From positions 3,811 to 67,810 of the forward strand of contig CAVSPQ010000005.1 of assembly GCA_963730045.1 (NCBI GenBank): 64,000 nucleotides of DNA. Reading direction: 5' to 3'. The number at the start of each line of letters is the position of its first letter. The first letter of the stretch is position 1. The position numbers were made by a program, and so were the translations under genes. The notes under the pieces were generated by a model, which worked only from the letters and a program-made list of their open reading frames with translations, was not told the DNA's origin and searched no databases. Of the stretch, positions 25,592-36,552 are shown piece after piece. Source of the DNA: an uncultured Actinomycetota bacterium. Its GTDB lineage: Bacteria > Actinomycetota > Actinomycetes > Actinomycetales > Microbacteriaceae.

Positions 25592-26434
25592 TCAGCCGCC
25601 GACGCAGTTCGGATCGCCCTCGCCGAAGCACGGCACGTAGTCGTCGTCGATGGGCGGGCCGCCACCCGGATCGACCCAGAACCGGCCGGCCGGCACCTGG
25701 AGCACGAAAGCGGCCAGCAGCGCGAGGATCGCCAGCGCGATGCCCCAGCCGAGGAGGCTTCGCACGCGGCGAATTCCGCCGATGATCGCCGCGACGATCA
25801 GCAGCGTAATCGCCAGTGCGGCAGTGACGAGGTATCGGGTGCCGTCGGCATCCGTCACGGTCACCTCCGTGCCGAACAGGGCGAAGTAGATGTCGATGTA
25901 CTGCCAGAACAGGGCGACGATCAGCGTCCCGCCGATCACGAGGGCCGCGACGCCCGCGCCCGTGACAACGCGGCGCGACAGAGGCGCGCGCGAACTCACG
26001 ATCGCTGCGCCGGCCAGGGCTCCGATCGCCCCCGCCACCAGTAGGGTGCCCTCGCGGATCGTCAGCTGGGGGAGGGAGAAGACGAGAGCTCCGATTCCCA
26101 TGGCGGCGATCGAGGGGGCGGCCAGGATGAGAAGACCGACCAGCGCACCGATCCCCGCGGCGGCGACGTAGAGCCGGGCGCGAGTGCGGGGCGGGTCCGC
26201 TGCCCGCCAGGCGGTGGTCGCCACCACGAGGACCACCCACACGAGGACGCCCCAGTCGAGGAATACCGACAGCACGTCGACCGGCGACACGTACTGCCCC
26301 AACGCGACCAGCATCGCACAGCGGCCGAGGACGAGCAGCGCCGCCCCGATGCCGACGGTCAGGAGCAGCTGCACCACGGGGGACGCGACTCGCGGGGGCG
26401 GGAGTGTACTCGCGGAATCCTCACCCGTGCTCAC
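25592..26434 (-). CDS. Hypothetical polytopic membrane protein
   Basis: Intact 280-aa ORF with ~7 hydrophobic segments; no family recognised. Confidence 0.45.
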   Translation of the reverse strand: MSTGEDSASTLPPPRVASPVVQLLLTVGIGAALLVLGRCAMLVALGQYVSPVDVLSVFLDWGVLVWVVLVVATTAWRAADPPRTRARLYVAAAGIGALVGLLILAAPSIAAMGIGALVFSLPQLTIREGTLLVAGAIGALAGAAIVSSRAPLSRRVVTGAGVAALVIGGTLIVALFWQYIDIYFALFGTEVTVTDADGTRYLVTAALAITLLIVAAIIGGIRRVRSLLGWGIALAILALLAAFVLQVPAGRFWVDPGGGPPIDDDYVPCFGEGDPNCVGG

Positions 26435-26507
26435 CTCGCCATGCTCACACAGAATCGACTCATCGGCTATACGTGCGCCGAGCCGCGGTGTCTGCCTGCG
26501 TCCTGTC

Positions 26508-27518
26508 CTATCCCAGCGAGGGGACGATGTCCTTCACGATCGACGCGAGGATGCGCGCGTTGAATTCCACACCCAGCTGGTTCGGGACGGTGACCAGCAC
26601 CGTGTCGGCATCGCGCACCGCCGCATCCTGAGCCAGCTCGGCAGCGATCTTGTCGGGCTCACCGATGTAGCTGCGCCCGAAGCGGGCGATCGCCCCGTCG
26701 ATCGGGCCGACCTGGTCCTTGCCATCGACCTGCGCGCGCAGTCCGAAGTAGTGACGGGTCTCGTCGTCGATGAGCGGCAGGATGCTGCGGCTGACCGACA
26801 CGCGCGGCGGGCGTTCGTGCTTCGCTTCCTTCCAGGCGGAGCGGAACATGGTGATCTGCTCCGCCTGCAGTTCGTCGAACGGAACCCCGGTGTCCTCGGT
26901 CAGCAGGGTCGAGCTCATCAGGTTCATCCCCTGCTCAGCGGTCCAGACCGCGGTGGCGCGAGTCCCGGCACCCCACCAGATGCGATCGGGGAGGCCGGGC
27001 GACTGCGGCTGCACGGCGAGTCCGCCGACGGCGCCCATCTGCGGATTGCCGCGCGCGACCGCCGTGCCGGCGATCGCCATCCGGAACACCTCGGTGTGCG
27101 CGCGTGCCATGTCGGCATCCGTCTCGCCATCGGCCGGCACGTAGCCGAACGACGCGGCGCCATCGAGCGCCGGTTCGGGTGACCCGCGGCTGATGCCGAG
27201 CTGAAGCCTGCCGCCGCTGATCAGGTCGGCTGCCGCGGCTTCCTCGGCCATGTACAGCGGGTTCTCGTAGCGCATGTCGATCACGGCGGTGCCGAGCTCG
27301 ATCGTCGTGGTGCGCGCGGCCATCGCGGCGAGGAGCGGGAAAGGCGATGAGAGCTGACGCGCGAAGTGATGCACGCGGACGAAGGCCCCGGAGACCCCGA
27401 CCTCCTCGGCCGCGACGGCGAGCTCGATGCTCTGCAGGAGGGCGTCCTGGCCGGTGCGTACTTCCGATCCGGACACGTCCTGCCAGTGCCCGAACGACAG
27501 GAATCCGATCTTCTTCAT
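26508..27518 (-). CDS. LLM-class (luciferase-like) flavin-dependent oxidoreductase
   Basis: MKKIGFLSFGHW ... IELGTAVIDMRYENPLYMAEEAAAADLISGGRLQLGISRGS. Confidence 0.75.
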   Translation of the reverse strand: MKKIGFLSFGHWQDVSGSEVRTGQDALLQSIELAVAAEEVGVSGAFVRVHHFARQLSSPFPLLAAMAARTTTIELGTAVIDMRYENPLYMAEEAAAADLISGGRLQLGISRGSPEPALDGAASFGYVPADGETDADMARAHTEVFRMAIAGTAVARGNPQMGAVGGLAVQPQSPGLPDRIWWGAGTRATAVWTAEQGMNLMSSTLLTEDTGVPFDELQAEQITMFRSAWKEAKHERPPRVSVSRSILPLIDDETRHYFGLRAQVDGKDQVGPIDGAIARFGRSYIGEPDKIAAELAQDAAVRDADTVLVTVPNQLGVEFNARILASIVKDIVPSLG

Positions 27519-27577
27519 GCTCGTGCGAGCGTATCCCGGCTCCCGGGTATTCCCGTCGGGCACGGCAGGATGGGCGC

Positions 27578-28054
27578 ATGGCCCTCCCGCGCGCGCTTCG
27601 CCCCCCGGTCGCCTGGGTCTCGAGGACTCGGGCCTTCCGCACGGCGGGGCCGCGCATCATGCCGCCGTTGGAGCGGATGTGGGGCGTCGTGTCCCGCGGA
27701 CGCATGCCGCTGAGCGGGCTCGGGGTGCCGTCGCTCCTGCTCCACACCACGGGAGCGAAGACCGGGGAGCCTCGGGACACGGCACTCATGTACTGCCCGG
27801 ACGGGGACGAGATGCTCGTGACGGGCAGCAACTTCGCACGCGAGACCCACCCGGCGTGGACCGCGAACCTGCTGAAGCATCCGGATGCGGCGGTCAGCAT
27901 CCGCGGACAGCGGATCCCGGTGCGCGCGACCCTGGTCCCCGACACCGAGCGCGAGGCGACCTGGCGGGTGCTGGAAGAGAACTGGCCGGGGTACCGCGGG
28001 TACGAGCGCACGTCCGGGCGCCAGCTGCGGATCTTCCGCCTCACCCCACGGTAG
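27578..28054 (+). CDS. Deazaflavin-dependent nitroreductase-family protein (DUF385)
   Basis: LLLHTTGAKTGEPRDTALMYCPDGDEMLVTGSNFARETHPAWTANLLKHPDAAVSIRGQRIPVRATLVPDTEREATWRVLEENWPGYRGYERTSGRQLRIFRLTP. Confidence 0.65.
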   Translation: MALPRALRPPVAWVSRTRAFRTAGPRIMPPLERMWGVVSRGRMPLSGLGVPSLLLHTTGAKTGEPRDTALMYCPDGDEMLVTGSNFARETHPAWTANLLKHPDAAVSIRGQRIPVRATLVPDTEREATWRVLEENWPGYRGYERTSGRQLRIFRLTPR

Positions 28055-28064
28055 GCGCTGCCTC

Positions 28065-29894
28065 CTAGAGCACCGGCTCGCCGGCGCCGTCCTGCTTGCC
28101 GGTGACCGACGCCAGCGCGTCGGCGGCGCCGACGAGGGCGAGGTGCGACAGCGCCTGCGGCGTGTTCCCCATCTGACGGGAGCCCGCGACGTCATACTCC
28201 TCGCTGAGCAGGCCGACGTCGTTGCAGAAGCCGACCAACCGGTCGAGCAGAGCGGTCGCGTCGTCGATGCGGCCCGAGTGGGCGTACTGGTGCGCGAGCC
28301 AGAACGAGCAGGCGAGGAAGGGGTGCTCACCGCCGGGGAGCCCGTCGACGTCGGTCTCCGTCCGGTAGCGCAGAAGCAGACCATCGCGCAGGAGATCCTC
28401 CTCGAGCGCGGCGACCGTCCCCAGCATCCGGGGATCATCGGGGGCGAGGAATCCGATCTGCGGGAGCTGCAGGAGCGAGGCGTCGACCTCCGTGGTGCCG
28501 TAGTACTGCACGAAGGTGTTGCGCTTCTCGTCGTAGCCGTGCTTCTCGATCTCGGCGCGCAGGGCGTCGCGTCGCTCGATCCAGCGATCGACCGGGCCCT
28601 CCAGCCCGTGTTCGCGCACCGCCCGGATGCCGCACTCGAACGCCGCCCAGAGCATCGCGCGCGAGTGCGTGAAGTGCTGCAGGTCGGCCGCGGATCTCCC
28701 AGATGCCGTGGTCCTTGCGATCCAGGTTCTTCTCGACGAAGTCGAGAAGGGCGAGCTGGAGGCTCCACGAGAACTTGTCGTCGGCGATGCCGATCGAGCG
28801 GGCCTTCTCGAGGGCGAGCATGATCTCGCCGAAGACGTCGCCCTGGAACTGCAGGTACGCGGCATTGCCGACGCGCACCGGCGCGGCGCCGCGGTAGCCG
28901 GGCAGGCTCGTCACCTCCCACTCGGGCAGCCGTCGTTCGCCCGCGAGCCCGTACATGATCTGCACGTCCGCCGGATCGCCGGCGATGGCGCGCAGCAGCC
29001 AGTCGCGCCATTCCGCGGCCTCCGATTCGAACCCGTGCTCCATGAGGGCCTTGAGCGTGAGCGCGGCGTCGCGCAGCCAGACGTAGCGGTAGTCCCAGTT
29101 GCGGACGCCGCCGTCCTGCTCGGGCAGGCTCGTGGTCGCTGCGGCGACGACGCCGCCGGTGTCCTCGTGCGTGAGGGCGCGCAGCACCAGCAGCGAGCGG
29201 CGCACCTGCGCGTCGTAGCGGCCCGAGGAAGGCGAGCGCGTCGGCCCACGCCTGCCACCACGCGCAGCGTGTGCTTGATGCGCTCGTCCACCTCGATCGG
29301 TGGCGGCGGCGTGCGATGCGGCGGGATACCAGGTCAGCACGGTGTCGACCGTCTCGCCCTCGGCGACGTCGAACTCGGCGCGGTGCGCGAGGTCGTCGGG
29401 CGCGAGCTTCGGCCCGCGGATCACCACGGCATCCGGCCCGGCGACCGCGAGGATCGCGTGTCCGTGCTCGCCCGGCGCCATCGTGCTCGGGACTCTGCCG
29501 GATCCACGGGATGGCGTCGGCGTAGTCGAACCGGATGCGGATGACCTGCTCCATGCGCACGGTGCCCCGGATTCCCCGCACCCGCCGCACCACGTCCGCG
29601 CGCCGGTCGCCGTGCGGCATCAGGTCGACGACTTCGACCTCGCCGGTCTCGGTCACCCAGCGGGTGACGAGCACGAACGAGTCGGCCTCGTAGGCGCGGG
29701 AGGTGCAGCGATCAACGCCGACCGGGGACGAGGCGCCAATGCCCCTGCTCATCGTCGCCGAGGAGGGCGCCGAAGGTCGACGCCGAATCGAACCGCGGCA
29801 GGCACAGCCAGTCGATGCTGCCGTCGGTGCCGACGAGCGCGCCGGTGTGGCAGTCGCCGATCAGGGCGTAGTCCTCGATGGGGAGGGGCACCAT
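28065..29894 (-). CDS. Glycoside hydrolase family 15 (glucoamylase/trehalase-like); >=3 frameshifts
   Basis: [46 protein letters not shown] ... [19 protein letters not shown] ... DHGIWEIRG ... [13 protein letters not shown] ... [22 protein letters not shown]. Confidence 0.75.
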
Positions 29895-29907
29895 CCGATC
29901 TTCGCAC

Positions 29908-30588
29908 TCAGTCGTCGGCGAGCTGCATCACCGGCTCGATTCCCGCCAGTTGCGGGCCCAGCCCGATGTCGATCAGGATGACGCGGCCGGCGAGCGAGCG
30001 GGCCGGCTCGATGAGCAGCCCGGCCTTCAGGGCCCCGAAGGTCACGGTCACGTCGGCGGGGAGCACCGCGGGGTGCGGGACGCGCCCGTCGTCTGGCCCG
30101 ATTCCGCTCGGCAGGTCGACGGCGACGACGACGGGGGATTGGCTTCCGCCGAGGAGAGGCAGCAACCCGAGCACGAGGTCGCGCGCCAGGCCGCGGAGTG
30201 CGGGATCTCCGCCTGTTCCGGTGCCGAGGATGCCGTCGACCAGGATCGCGGCGTCCTCGACCAGGCGCGCCGCCGCATCCGGAGTCGCTTCGACCGCCCC
30301 CGCGGCCCGTGCCGCCGCGAGACCCTGCTCGTGCATGCGCGCACCCGCCGGAACGAGCACCACGTCGGCCCCGTCGCCCGCCAGCGTCGCGGCGGCGTAG
30401 AGCGCATCCCCGCCGTTGTCGCCCGTGCCCACCAGCACGACGATCCTCCGCCCGCGTGCCGAGCCCTCCATCAGCGTCCGCAACACCTCGGCGAGTCCCG
30501 CTGCCGCCCGTGCCATCAGCGGCACCCCGGCCTCCATGAGCGGGCGCTCTGCGTCCCGGATCTGAGCCGCCGAGTACGCCGAACGCAT
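29908..30588 (-). CDS. NAD(P)H-hydrate epimerase (YjeF N-terminal domain)
   Basis: [33 protein letters not shown] ... [20 protein letters not shown] ... [15 protein letters not shown]. Confidence 0.7.
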   Translation of the reverse strand: MRSAYSAAQIRDAERPLMEAGVPLMARAAAGLAEVLRTLMEGSARGRRIVVLVGTGDNGGDALYAAATLAGDGADVVLVPAGARMHEQGLAAARAAGAVEATPDAAARLVEDAAILVDGILGTGTGGDPALRGLARDLVLGLLPLLGGSQSPVVVAVDLPSGIGPDDGRVPHPAVLPADVTVTFGALKAGLLIEPARSLAGRVILIDIGLGPQLAGIEPVMQLADD

Positions 30589-30596
30589 CGAGCGAC

Positions 30597-30884
30597 CTAG
30601 TGCGCCGCCAGCAGCGAGGAGCGCTCGGGGTGCCGGTCGAACCATTCGGCGACGTACCAGCAGGTCGGGCGGACCGGCCCGCGGCCGCTCTTCTCGACAT
30701 CATCGATGGCGTAGCTCACGAGCTGGTCGGCGTAGCCACGGCCCCGGAATCGGGGGATCGTGATGGTGTGGTTGAACACCAAGCCGTGCCCGTGGTCCAG
30801 GTACTCCGCGACGCTCACCAGATCGCCGTCGACGTGCATGGTGTACCGGTGCGCGTCGGGCTCGTGCGTGAACTCGGTCGCCAT
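30597..30884 (-). CDS. Small GNAT-like N-acetyltransferase domain protein (YjdJ-type)
   Basis: MATEFTHEPDAHRYTMHVDGDLVSVAEYLDHGHGLVFNHTITIPRFRGRGYADQLVSYAIDDVEKSG. Confidence 0.5.
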   Translation of the reverse strand: MATEFTHEPDAHRYTMHVDGDLVSVAEYLDHGHGLVFNHTITIPRFRGRGYADQLVSYAIDDVEKSGRGPVRPTCWYVAEWFDRHPERSSLLAAH

Positions 30885-30936
30885 GCATCCAGGGTACGCC
30901 CGGCGAATGTGCATCGCCGGAACGTAGGCTGCGCCC

Positions 30937-31462
30937 ATGGGAATCCGGGACATCGCATTGACCACCATCGACGGTGCGTCGACCACGCTCGCCGACTACG
31001 CCGACAAGACCGTGCTGGTGGTCAACGTCGCCTCGCGATGCGGCAACACCCCGCAGTACGAGCAGCTCGAAGAGCTGCAGAAGGAGTACGGCGACCAGGG
31101 CTTCACGGTGCTCGGCTTCCCCTGCAACCAGTTCCTGGGGCAGGAGCCCGGAACGGCCGAGGAGATCAAGGAGTTCTGCTCCACTCACCTACGGCGTGAC
31201 GTTCCCGCTCATGGACAAGATCAGGGTGAACGGCCGCGGCCGGCACCCGCTCTACGCTGCGCTGACCAAGGTCGAGGACGACAAGGGCCGGTCCGGAGAC
31301 GTGCGCTGGAACTTCGAGAAGTTCGTCATCGCCCCCGACGACTCGGTCCGCCGGTTCTCGAACAAGACGCTGCCCGACGACCCCCGCGTGATCGCCGCCA
31401 TCGAAGACGGACTCGCGACGTCCGCGCCCGCCTCGGTCGAATCCAGGACTGGCGCCGCGTAG
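30937..31462 (+). CDS. Glutathione peroxidase; frameshift near 31185
   Basis: VLVVNVASRCGNTPQYEQLEELQKEYGDQGFTVLGFPCNQFLGQEPG ... VTFPLMDKIRVNGRGRHPLYAALT ... VRWNFEKFVIAPDDSVRRF. Confidence 0.8.
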
Positions 31463-31483
31463 CCTCCCCGCTACCATGATCGC

Positions 31484-32478
31484 GTGTTCATCCTCGCGAT
31501 CATCTTCACCCTCGTCGGCATCGTTGCTCTCATCGTGGCGGCGTCCAATGCGAAGGCGCGCGTCGTCGCCGCGGGCGACACGCCCAACGGCAGTGCGTTC
31601 CGGCGCGGCACCAACGTCATCATCTCCCGGGCAGCTCGCTGGACGGCTATCGCCGTCTTCTTCCTCGCCCTGGTCTTCCTGGCGTTCAGCTCGTTCTTCC
31701 GGCAGGACGTCGGCCAGGCCAACGTGCTGCGCGACTGGACCGGCAACATCGTCGGGTACGAGACATCGGCCGGCCTGCACCCGAAGGCGCCGTGGGTCGA
31801 CGTCGTGACCTTCGACGTGCGCAATCAGCGTGCCGTTTTCGTCAGCGAGCAGGAGCCCGGCCAGGGCGACAACATCGGCGGCGCGCCCGACGGCCCGCAG
31901 ATCACGGTGCAGGATGCCGAGGGCGTCACGGCGAACATCGACATCGCGATCCGCTACAGCCTCGACCCCGCCGCGGTCAGCGACATCTACAGCGCGTACT
32001 ACAACGAGGAGAACCTGCGGACCCGTCTGATCTTCAACGACATCCGATCGGTGGTCCGCTCGGTGCCCGGGCGGTTCGCGACCATCGACATGCTGACCGA
32101 CCGCAACGCGGTGCAGGACGCCATCCACGACGGCGCTCGAGGCGCGCTGGAAGGACGACGGCATCATCGTCGAGGACGTCGCGCTGCAGGAGATCCGCTA
32201 CGGCGAGCAGGTCACCGCCGCCTACGCGGCCGCGCAGGAGGCGCAGATCAACGTCCAGACCGAGCAGGCGAAGCTGGAGGCGATCAAGGTCTCGGCGCAG
32301 CAGAAGGTCGTGCAGGCGCAGGCGGAAGCCGACGCGAACGCGATCCTGGCGGCGAGCCTGACACCGGCGATCCTGCAGCAGCGCTATCTCGACACCCTCA
32401 AGGAGCTCGCCGCCGCCGGCAACCTGGTCGTGGTGCCCGAGGGCTTCAACGGTCTGGTGAACGTCTCCCCAACGCCCT
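31484..32478 (+). CDS. SPFH/band-7 domain membrane protein; frameshift near 32150
   Basis: N-terminal TM, VDVVTFDVRNQRAVF ... TANIDIAIRYSLDPAAVSDIYSAY ... RYGEQVTAAYAAAQEAQINVQTEQAKLEAIKVSAQQKVVQAQAEADANAILAASL. Confidence 0.7.
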
Positions 32479-33088
32479 GAGCACCTCGTCGTCGGTGGTC
32501 TGCCGGAAGTCGCGGTAGTGCTGCCCGACGGCCCAGAAATCGCGGGGCGTCTCGACCGCGACGTACGCGTCGGCGACGTCGGCGAGCCGTGAGACCCAGT
32601 CAGCCGGTGCGACCGGCACGGCCAGGATGACGCGAGCGGCCCCCAGCGCGCGCGCGACCCGGCACGCGACGCCCGCGGTCGCCCCGGTCGCGACCCCGTC
32701 GTCGACCAGGATCGCCGTGCGTCCGGTGAGGTCGAGGGGCGGGCGCTCCGCCCGGTAGCGCTCCTCCCGGCGGACCAGCTCGGCGGCCTCGCGGCGTTCG
32801 ACCCGGGCGATCGCCTGCTCACGCGCGCCGACCGCCGCGACCGCTCGCGGGTCGACCACCCGGATCCCGCCGGGGCCGATCGCGCCCACCGCGTACTCGG
32901 GATGGCCCGGGGCGCCGAGCTTGCGGACGACCAGGACGTCGAGGGGCGCTCCGAGCGCCTCGGCGACGACTCGCGCGACCGGAACCCCGCCGCGGGGGAG
33001 CCCGAGCACGATCGGGATCGTCGAGGTCGCCGAGCTCGAGAACGGCGGCGGCGAGCCGGGCGCCGGCGTCCTCTCGATCGGCGAACAC
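32460..33088 (-). CDS. Phosphoribosyltransferase-family protein; frameshift near 32980
   Basis: IVLGLPRGGVPVARVVAEALGAPLDVLVVRKLG ... AILVDDGVATGATAGVACRVARALGAARVILAVPVA. Confidence 0.6.
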
Positions 33089-33089
33089 G

Positions 33090-33452
33090 TCAGCGGCCGC
33101 GCAGCTTCTCGATGTCGCGCCGGTCGCGTTTCGTCGGGCGCCCGGCGCCCGGATCGCGGGCGGCGACGTAGACGCGTTCCTCGCGGGGCAGAGGCGCTGG
33201 CGTGCGGTCCTCGAACGCCGGAGCGGCGAGCGTGGCGCTCACCCGCTTCGCGAGGATCGCCCGCACCTCGACGATCCGCTCGCCCCCGGTCGTGAAGACC
33301 CGCACCTCGTCGCCGATCTTCACGGTCTGCGCCGGCTTGGCTCGATCGCCGTTGATCCGCACGTGCCCTGCCTTGCAGAGCGCGGTCGCGGCGGAACGGG
33401 TCTTGGCGAGGCGGATCGCCCAGATCCAGCTGTCGACGCGCCCCTCGGCCAT
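33090..33452 (-). CDS. RNA-binding S4-domain protein (Hsp15-like)
   Basis: Intact 120-aa ORF; RVDSWIWAIRLAKTRSAATALCKAGHVRINGDRAKPAQTVKIGDEVRV. Confidence 0.7.
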   Translation of the reverse strand: MAEGRVDSWIWAIRLAKTRSAATALCKAGHVRINGDRAKPAQTVKIGDEVRVFTTGGERIVEVRAILAKRVSATLAAPAFEDRTPAPLPREERVYVAARDPGAGRPTKRDRRDIEKLRGR

Positions 33453-33520
33453 GGCTCAACGGTATCCGTAGGCTGTCGGTATGGCCCGCGCCCATCACGA
33501 CCCGAGCGCGCGCCGGCCCC

Positions 33521-34000
33521 ATGGCCCCGAGGACGCCTGGGTCGACGGACCCCGTGGCCGCTACTGGGGTATCGAACGGTGCGGCCGGTCTGCTGCTCGC
33601 CCATCCGGAGGCCGGGGTGCTGCTGCAGCTCCGCGTCGAGTGGAGTCATTTCGGCGGCACCTGGGGCCTCCCCGGCGGCGCACGCAAGGCGGGGGAGACC
33701 CCGGAGCAGGCCGCGATCCGCGAGGCGGACGAGGAGGCGAGCGTGCCGCCGGATGCGGTGGAGGTTCTGGCGACGCGGATCTTCGACGTCGGGTACTGGA
33801 GCTACACGACCGTGCTGGCCAAGGCATCCCGGCTCTTCGAGCCCGTGGTCGGCGACGCGGAGAGCTCGGAGCTGCGCTGGGTCCCGTTCGCGGAGGTGGC
33901 CGACCTGCCGCTGCACCCCGGAGTCGCCGTCGAGTGGCCCGAGCTGCGGGCCTCGCTAACGGCTCTCGACGAGGAGCTGGCCGCCGCGATCGGCGGCTAG
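33521..34000 (+). CDS. NUDIX hydrolase
   Basis: Nudix box GGTWGLPGGARKAGETPEQAAIREADEEASV. Confidence 0.65.
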   Translation: MAPRTPGSTDPVAATGVSNGAAGLLLAHPEAGVLLQLRVEWSHFGGTWGLPGGARKAGETPEQAAIREADEEASVPPDAVEVLATRIFDVGYWSYTTVLAKASRLFEPVVGDAESSELRWVPFAEVADLPLHPGVAVEWPELRASLTALDEELAAAIGG

Positions 34001-34463
34001 TGCGGGCGCAGCGCCGCGATCGGCCGCGAGTGAGCGCTTCCACTCGACCAGCGCGCGCACGGTCTCGGACTCGTCGTCGGCCAGCGCGTCCATGACGTCG
34101 GCCGGCACGTAGAAGTTCACGGCGACCCAGCCGCGCACGGCCTCCGACGTCGTCGTGCGAGAGCTCGCGCAGCAGGTCGCACGACGTCGTCTCGTTGCGG
34201 GCGAGGCAGGCGCGCACGCCCTCGTCGGGATCGCGCGCGAGACGCTCGGCCACGTCGAGCGGGCGTGTGGTAGCTGCGACGCGACGCTCTCGCGGATCTT
34301 CGGGTTCGGGTCGCTCGGCGAGCATCCGCAGCCGCCGGATCTTGCTCGCCGTCACCGGGGGAGCGGGGTGCAGCCGCGCGGCCTCCTCGGCCGTCAGCAT
34401 GCTCGGCGCCATCGCCGCCAGCTGCGCGCGCTGGGCGGGCGTGTTGAACCGGATGCAGGACAT
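34000..34463 (-). CDS. Hypothetical protein; frameshifted
   Basis: MSCIRFNTPAQRAQLAAMAPSMLTAEEAARLHP ... ACLARNETTSCDLLRELSHDD ... RGWVAVNFYVPADVMDALADDESETVRALVEWKR; no family assigned. Confidence 0.3.
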
Positions 34464-34472
34464 CCCGTCAGG

Positions 34473-35303
34473 CTACGCCGCTACGCGGTGAGCCTCCTGG
34501 CGGGCACGCCGCGGGAACCACGGCACGATCGCCGAGGTCGTCGCCTGGTAGTCGGCGTACTCCGGGTACTTCGATCTGCGTGATGCTCTCGGTGAAGATC
34601 GTCGACCCGACGAAGAGCGTGCGTGAGCAGGACGGCGCCGAGCACGGTCCACTGCAGGAGCGAGCCCGCGGCGACCGCGCCGAACAGGAAGAGCACCCAC
34701 CACTGCGCCTGCTCGAAGAAGAAGTTCGGATGCCGCGAGAAGCGGAAGAGGCCGGTCTGCAGGAATCGCGTGGCCGGCTCGCGACCCGCGGCGACGTCGG
34801 CCGCCTTCCGCCGGTGGAACTCCCACTGCTGCTGATCGGCCAGCGTCTCGCCGGCGAGCAGCGCCAGGAACAGCACCGTGAGCACGCACGTCGAGCGGTC
34901 CGAACGGCGTCCGGTTCTCGAACGCGGTGAGCGCCGGCAGCGTGATCAGCACCAGGATCGCGTTCTGGTACAGCACGATGAAGAGCAGGTTGAAGACCGC
35001 GAACTGCGCTCGGCTCATGCGCCCGCGCAGCACCGCCCAGCGGTAGTCCTCCATTCCGGAGTAGCCGCCCTTGCGCGCGAAATTGAAGGTCAGGCGCGCG
35101 CCCCAGAGCGTGACGAGGCCGGCCATCACATCCAGTCGGACGTCGGCCAGCCCGGCCGCGATCGCGAAGACCCAGACGTAGACGACCGGCACGATCGACC
35201 ACAGCCGGTCGACCCAGGAGTTCTCTTTCGTGATCAGCGAGGCGACGTAGCAGAACACGCAGACGGCGGCCGCGAGCAGCACGACGACGAGCAGGGGAGA
35301 CAT
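34473..35303 (-). CDS. DUF1295 (steroid 5-alpha-reductase-like) membrane protein; frameshift near 34880
   Basis: ENSWVDRLWSIVPVVYVW ... LWGARLTFNFARKGGYSGMEDYRW ... TGLFRFSRHPNFFFEQAQWWVLFLFG. Confidence 0.6.
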   Translation of the reverse strand: MSPLLVVVLLAAAVCVFCYVASLITKENSWVDRLWSIVPVVYVWVFAIAAGLADVRLDVMAGLVTLWGARLTFNFARKGGYSGMEDYRWAVLRGRMSRAQFAVFNLLFIVLYQNAILVLITLPALTAFENRTPFGPLDVRAHGAVPGAARRRDAGRSAAVGVPPAEGGRRRRGSRAGHAIPADRPLPLLAASELLLRAGAVVGALPVRRGRRGLAPAVDRARRRPAHARSSSGRRSSPRASRRSKYPEYADYQATTSAIVPWFPRRARQEAHRVAA

Positions 35304-35379
35304 GCGGCGATGCTAGCGGAGCCATGGACGCGGCCTCCGAGCGCACGGCTAGACTCGGGCGACGAGGGAGGTCGGACTG

Positions 35380-35982
35380 GTGACGACGGTGAGCACGCGG
35401 ATCGTGACGATCCCGAATCTGCTCAGCCTCTTCCGACTCCTCCTCATCCCCGTCTTCCTGGTCCTGCTCGTCGTCGGGCACTACGTCTGGGCGCTCGTCG
35501 TGCTCGTCGTCTCGAGCGCCACCGACTTCGTCGACGGCTACGTCGCGCGCCATTTCAACCAGGTGAGCCGGCTCGGGCAGCTGCTCGATCCGGCCGCCGA
35601 CCGGCTGTTCATCTTCTCGACGCTGATCGGGCTCGCCTGGACCGGGTTCATCCCGTGGTGGCTCGCGGGGGTGATCTTCGCGCGGGAGTTCCTGTTGCTC
35701 GTGATCGGGGTGATCCTCGCCAACCACGGCTACGGACCGCTCCCGGTGCATCACCTCGGCAAGATGGGGACGTTCGCGCTGCTCACCGCGATGCCGCTTC
35801 TGATCCTCGGCGCCGCGTTCCCCCAGATCGACTTCGTCGCCAACCCGCTGGGCTGGGCGGCGGCGCTCTGGGGAGTATTCCTGTACTGGTGGGCGGGCGT
35901 GCTCTACGCGCTCGAAGCCGGTCGCCTGATCCGGATTCCGAGGGACGCACCCGTCGCGGCATCCGATAGCCTGAACACCTGA
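35380..35982 (+). CDS. CDP-alcohol phosphatidyltransferase (PgsA-like)
   Basis: Intact 200-aa ORF; VSSATDFVDGYVARHFNQVSRLGQLLDPAADRL; position matches Mtb pgsA2 upstream of garA. Confidence 0.75.
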   Translation: MTTVSTRIVTIPNLLSLFRLLLIPVFLVLLVVGHYVWALVVLVVSSATDFVDGYVARHFNQVSRLGQLLDPAADRLFIFSTLIGLAWTGFIPWWLAGVIFAREFLLLVIGVILANHGYGPLPVHHLGKMGTFALLTAMPLLILGAAFPQIDFVANPLGWAAALWGVFLYWWAGVLYALEAGRLIRIPRDAPVAASDSLNT

Positions 35983-35992
35983 GGGAGGATGA

Positions 35993-36490
35993 CGATGGTC
36001 GACGCCGGGGATGAGCCCGCCACCGATGATGCGAGCTCGCGCCGGAACAGCCGGCGGGTTCGCTTCGGGTGATACGACGGCGCACTTCACCGACGACTTC
36101 GTCGCCCAGCTCGCCGCCATGGAGGCGGGCATCTCGCCCGAGGAGCAGGAGTCGATCGCGGCTCTGCCGTCCGGCTCGGCGCTCCTGATCGTCCGTCGCG
36201 GCCCCAACGTCGGGGCACGCTTCCTGCTGGATGCCGACCTCACCGTCGCGGGACGGCATCCTGATGCCGACATCTTCCTCGACGACGTGACCGTCTCCCG
36301 TCGCCACGCGGAGTTCGTCCGCGTCGGCACCGCCTTCCAGGTGCGCGACCTCGGGTCGATGAACGGCACCTACTTCGATGGCGTCCGTATCGAGTCCGCC
36401 CTGTTGTCCGATGGCGCGGAGGTGCAGGTCGGCAAGTTCCGGCTCACCTTCTACGCCTCGCGCTTCGATCTCGCCACCCAGAGTCGTTGA
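35993..36490 (+). CDS. garA: FHA-domain regulator GarA/OdhI; probable frameshift in the N-terminal region
   Basis: LPSGSALLIVRRGPNVGARFLLDADLTVAGRHPDADIFLDDVTVSRRHAEFVRVGTAFQVRDLGSMNGTYFDGVRIESALLSDGAEVQVGKFRLTF. Confidence 0.8.
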   Translation, partial: RWSTPGMSPPPMMRARAGTAGGFASGDTTAHFTDDFVAQLAAMEAGISPEEQESIAALPSGSALLIVRRGPNVGARFLLDADLTVAGRHPDADIFLDDVTVSRRHAEFVRVGTAFQVRDLGSMNGTYFDGVRIESALLSDGAEVQVGKFRLTFYASRFDLATQSR

Positions 36491-36552
36491 TGGCGGGCGC
36501 AGCGTCTCCGGCGAGGTTGCCGGGGCAATCCTCCGGGCATTCGGCCTCACAG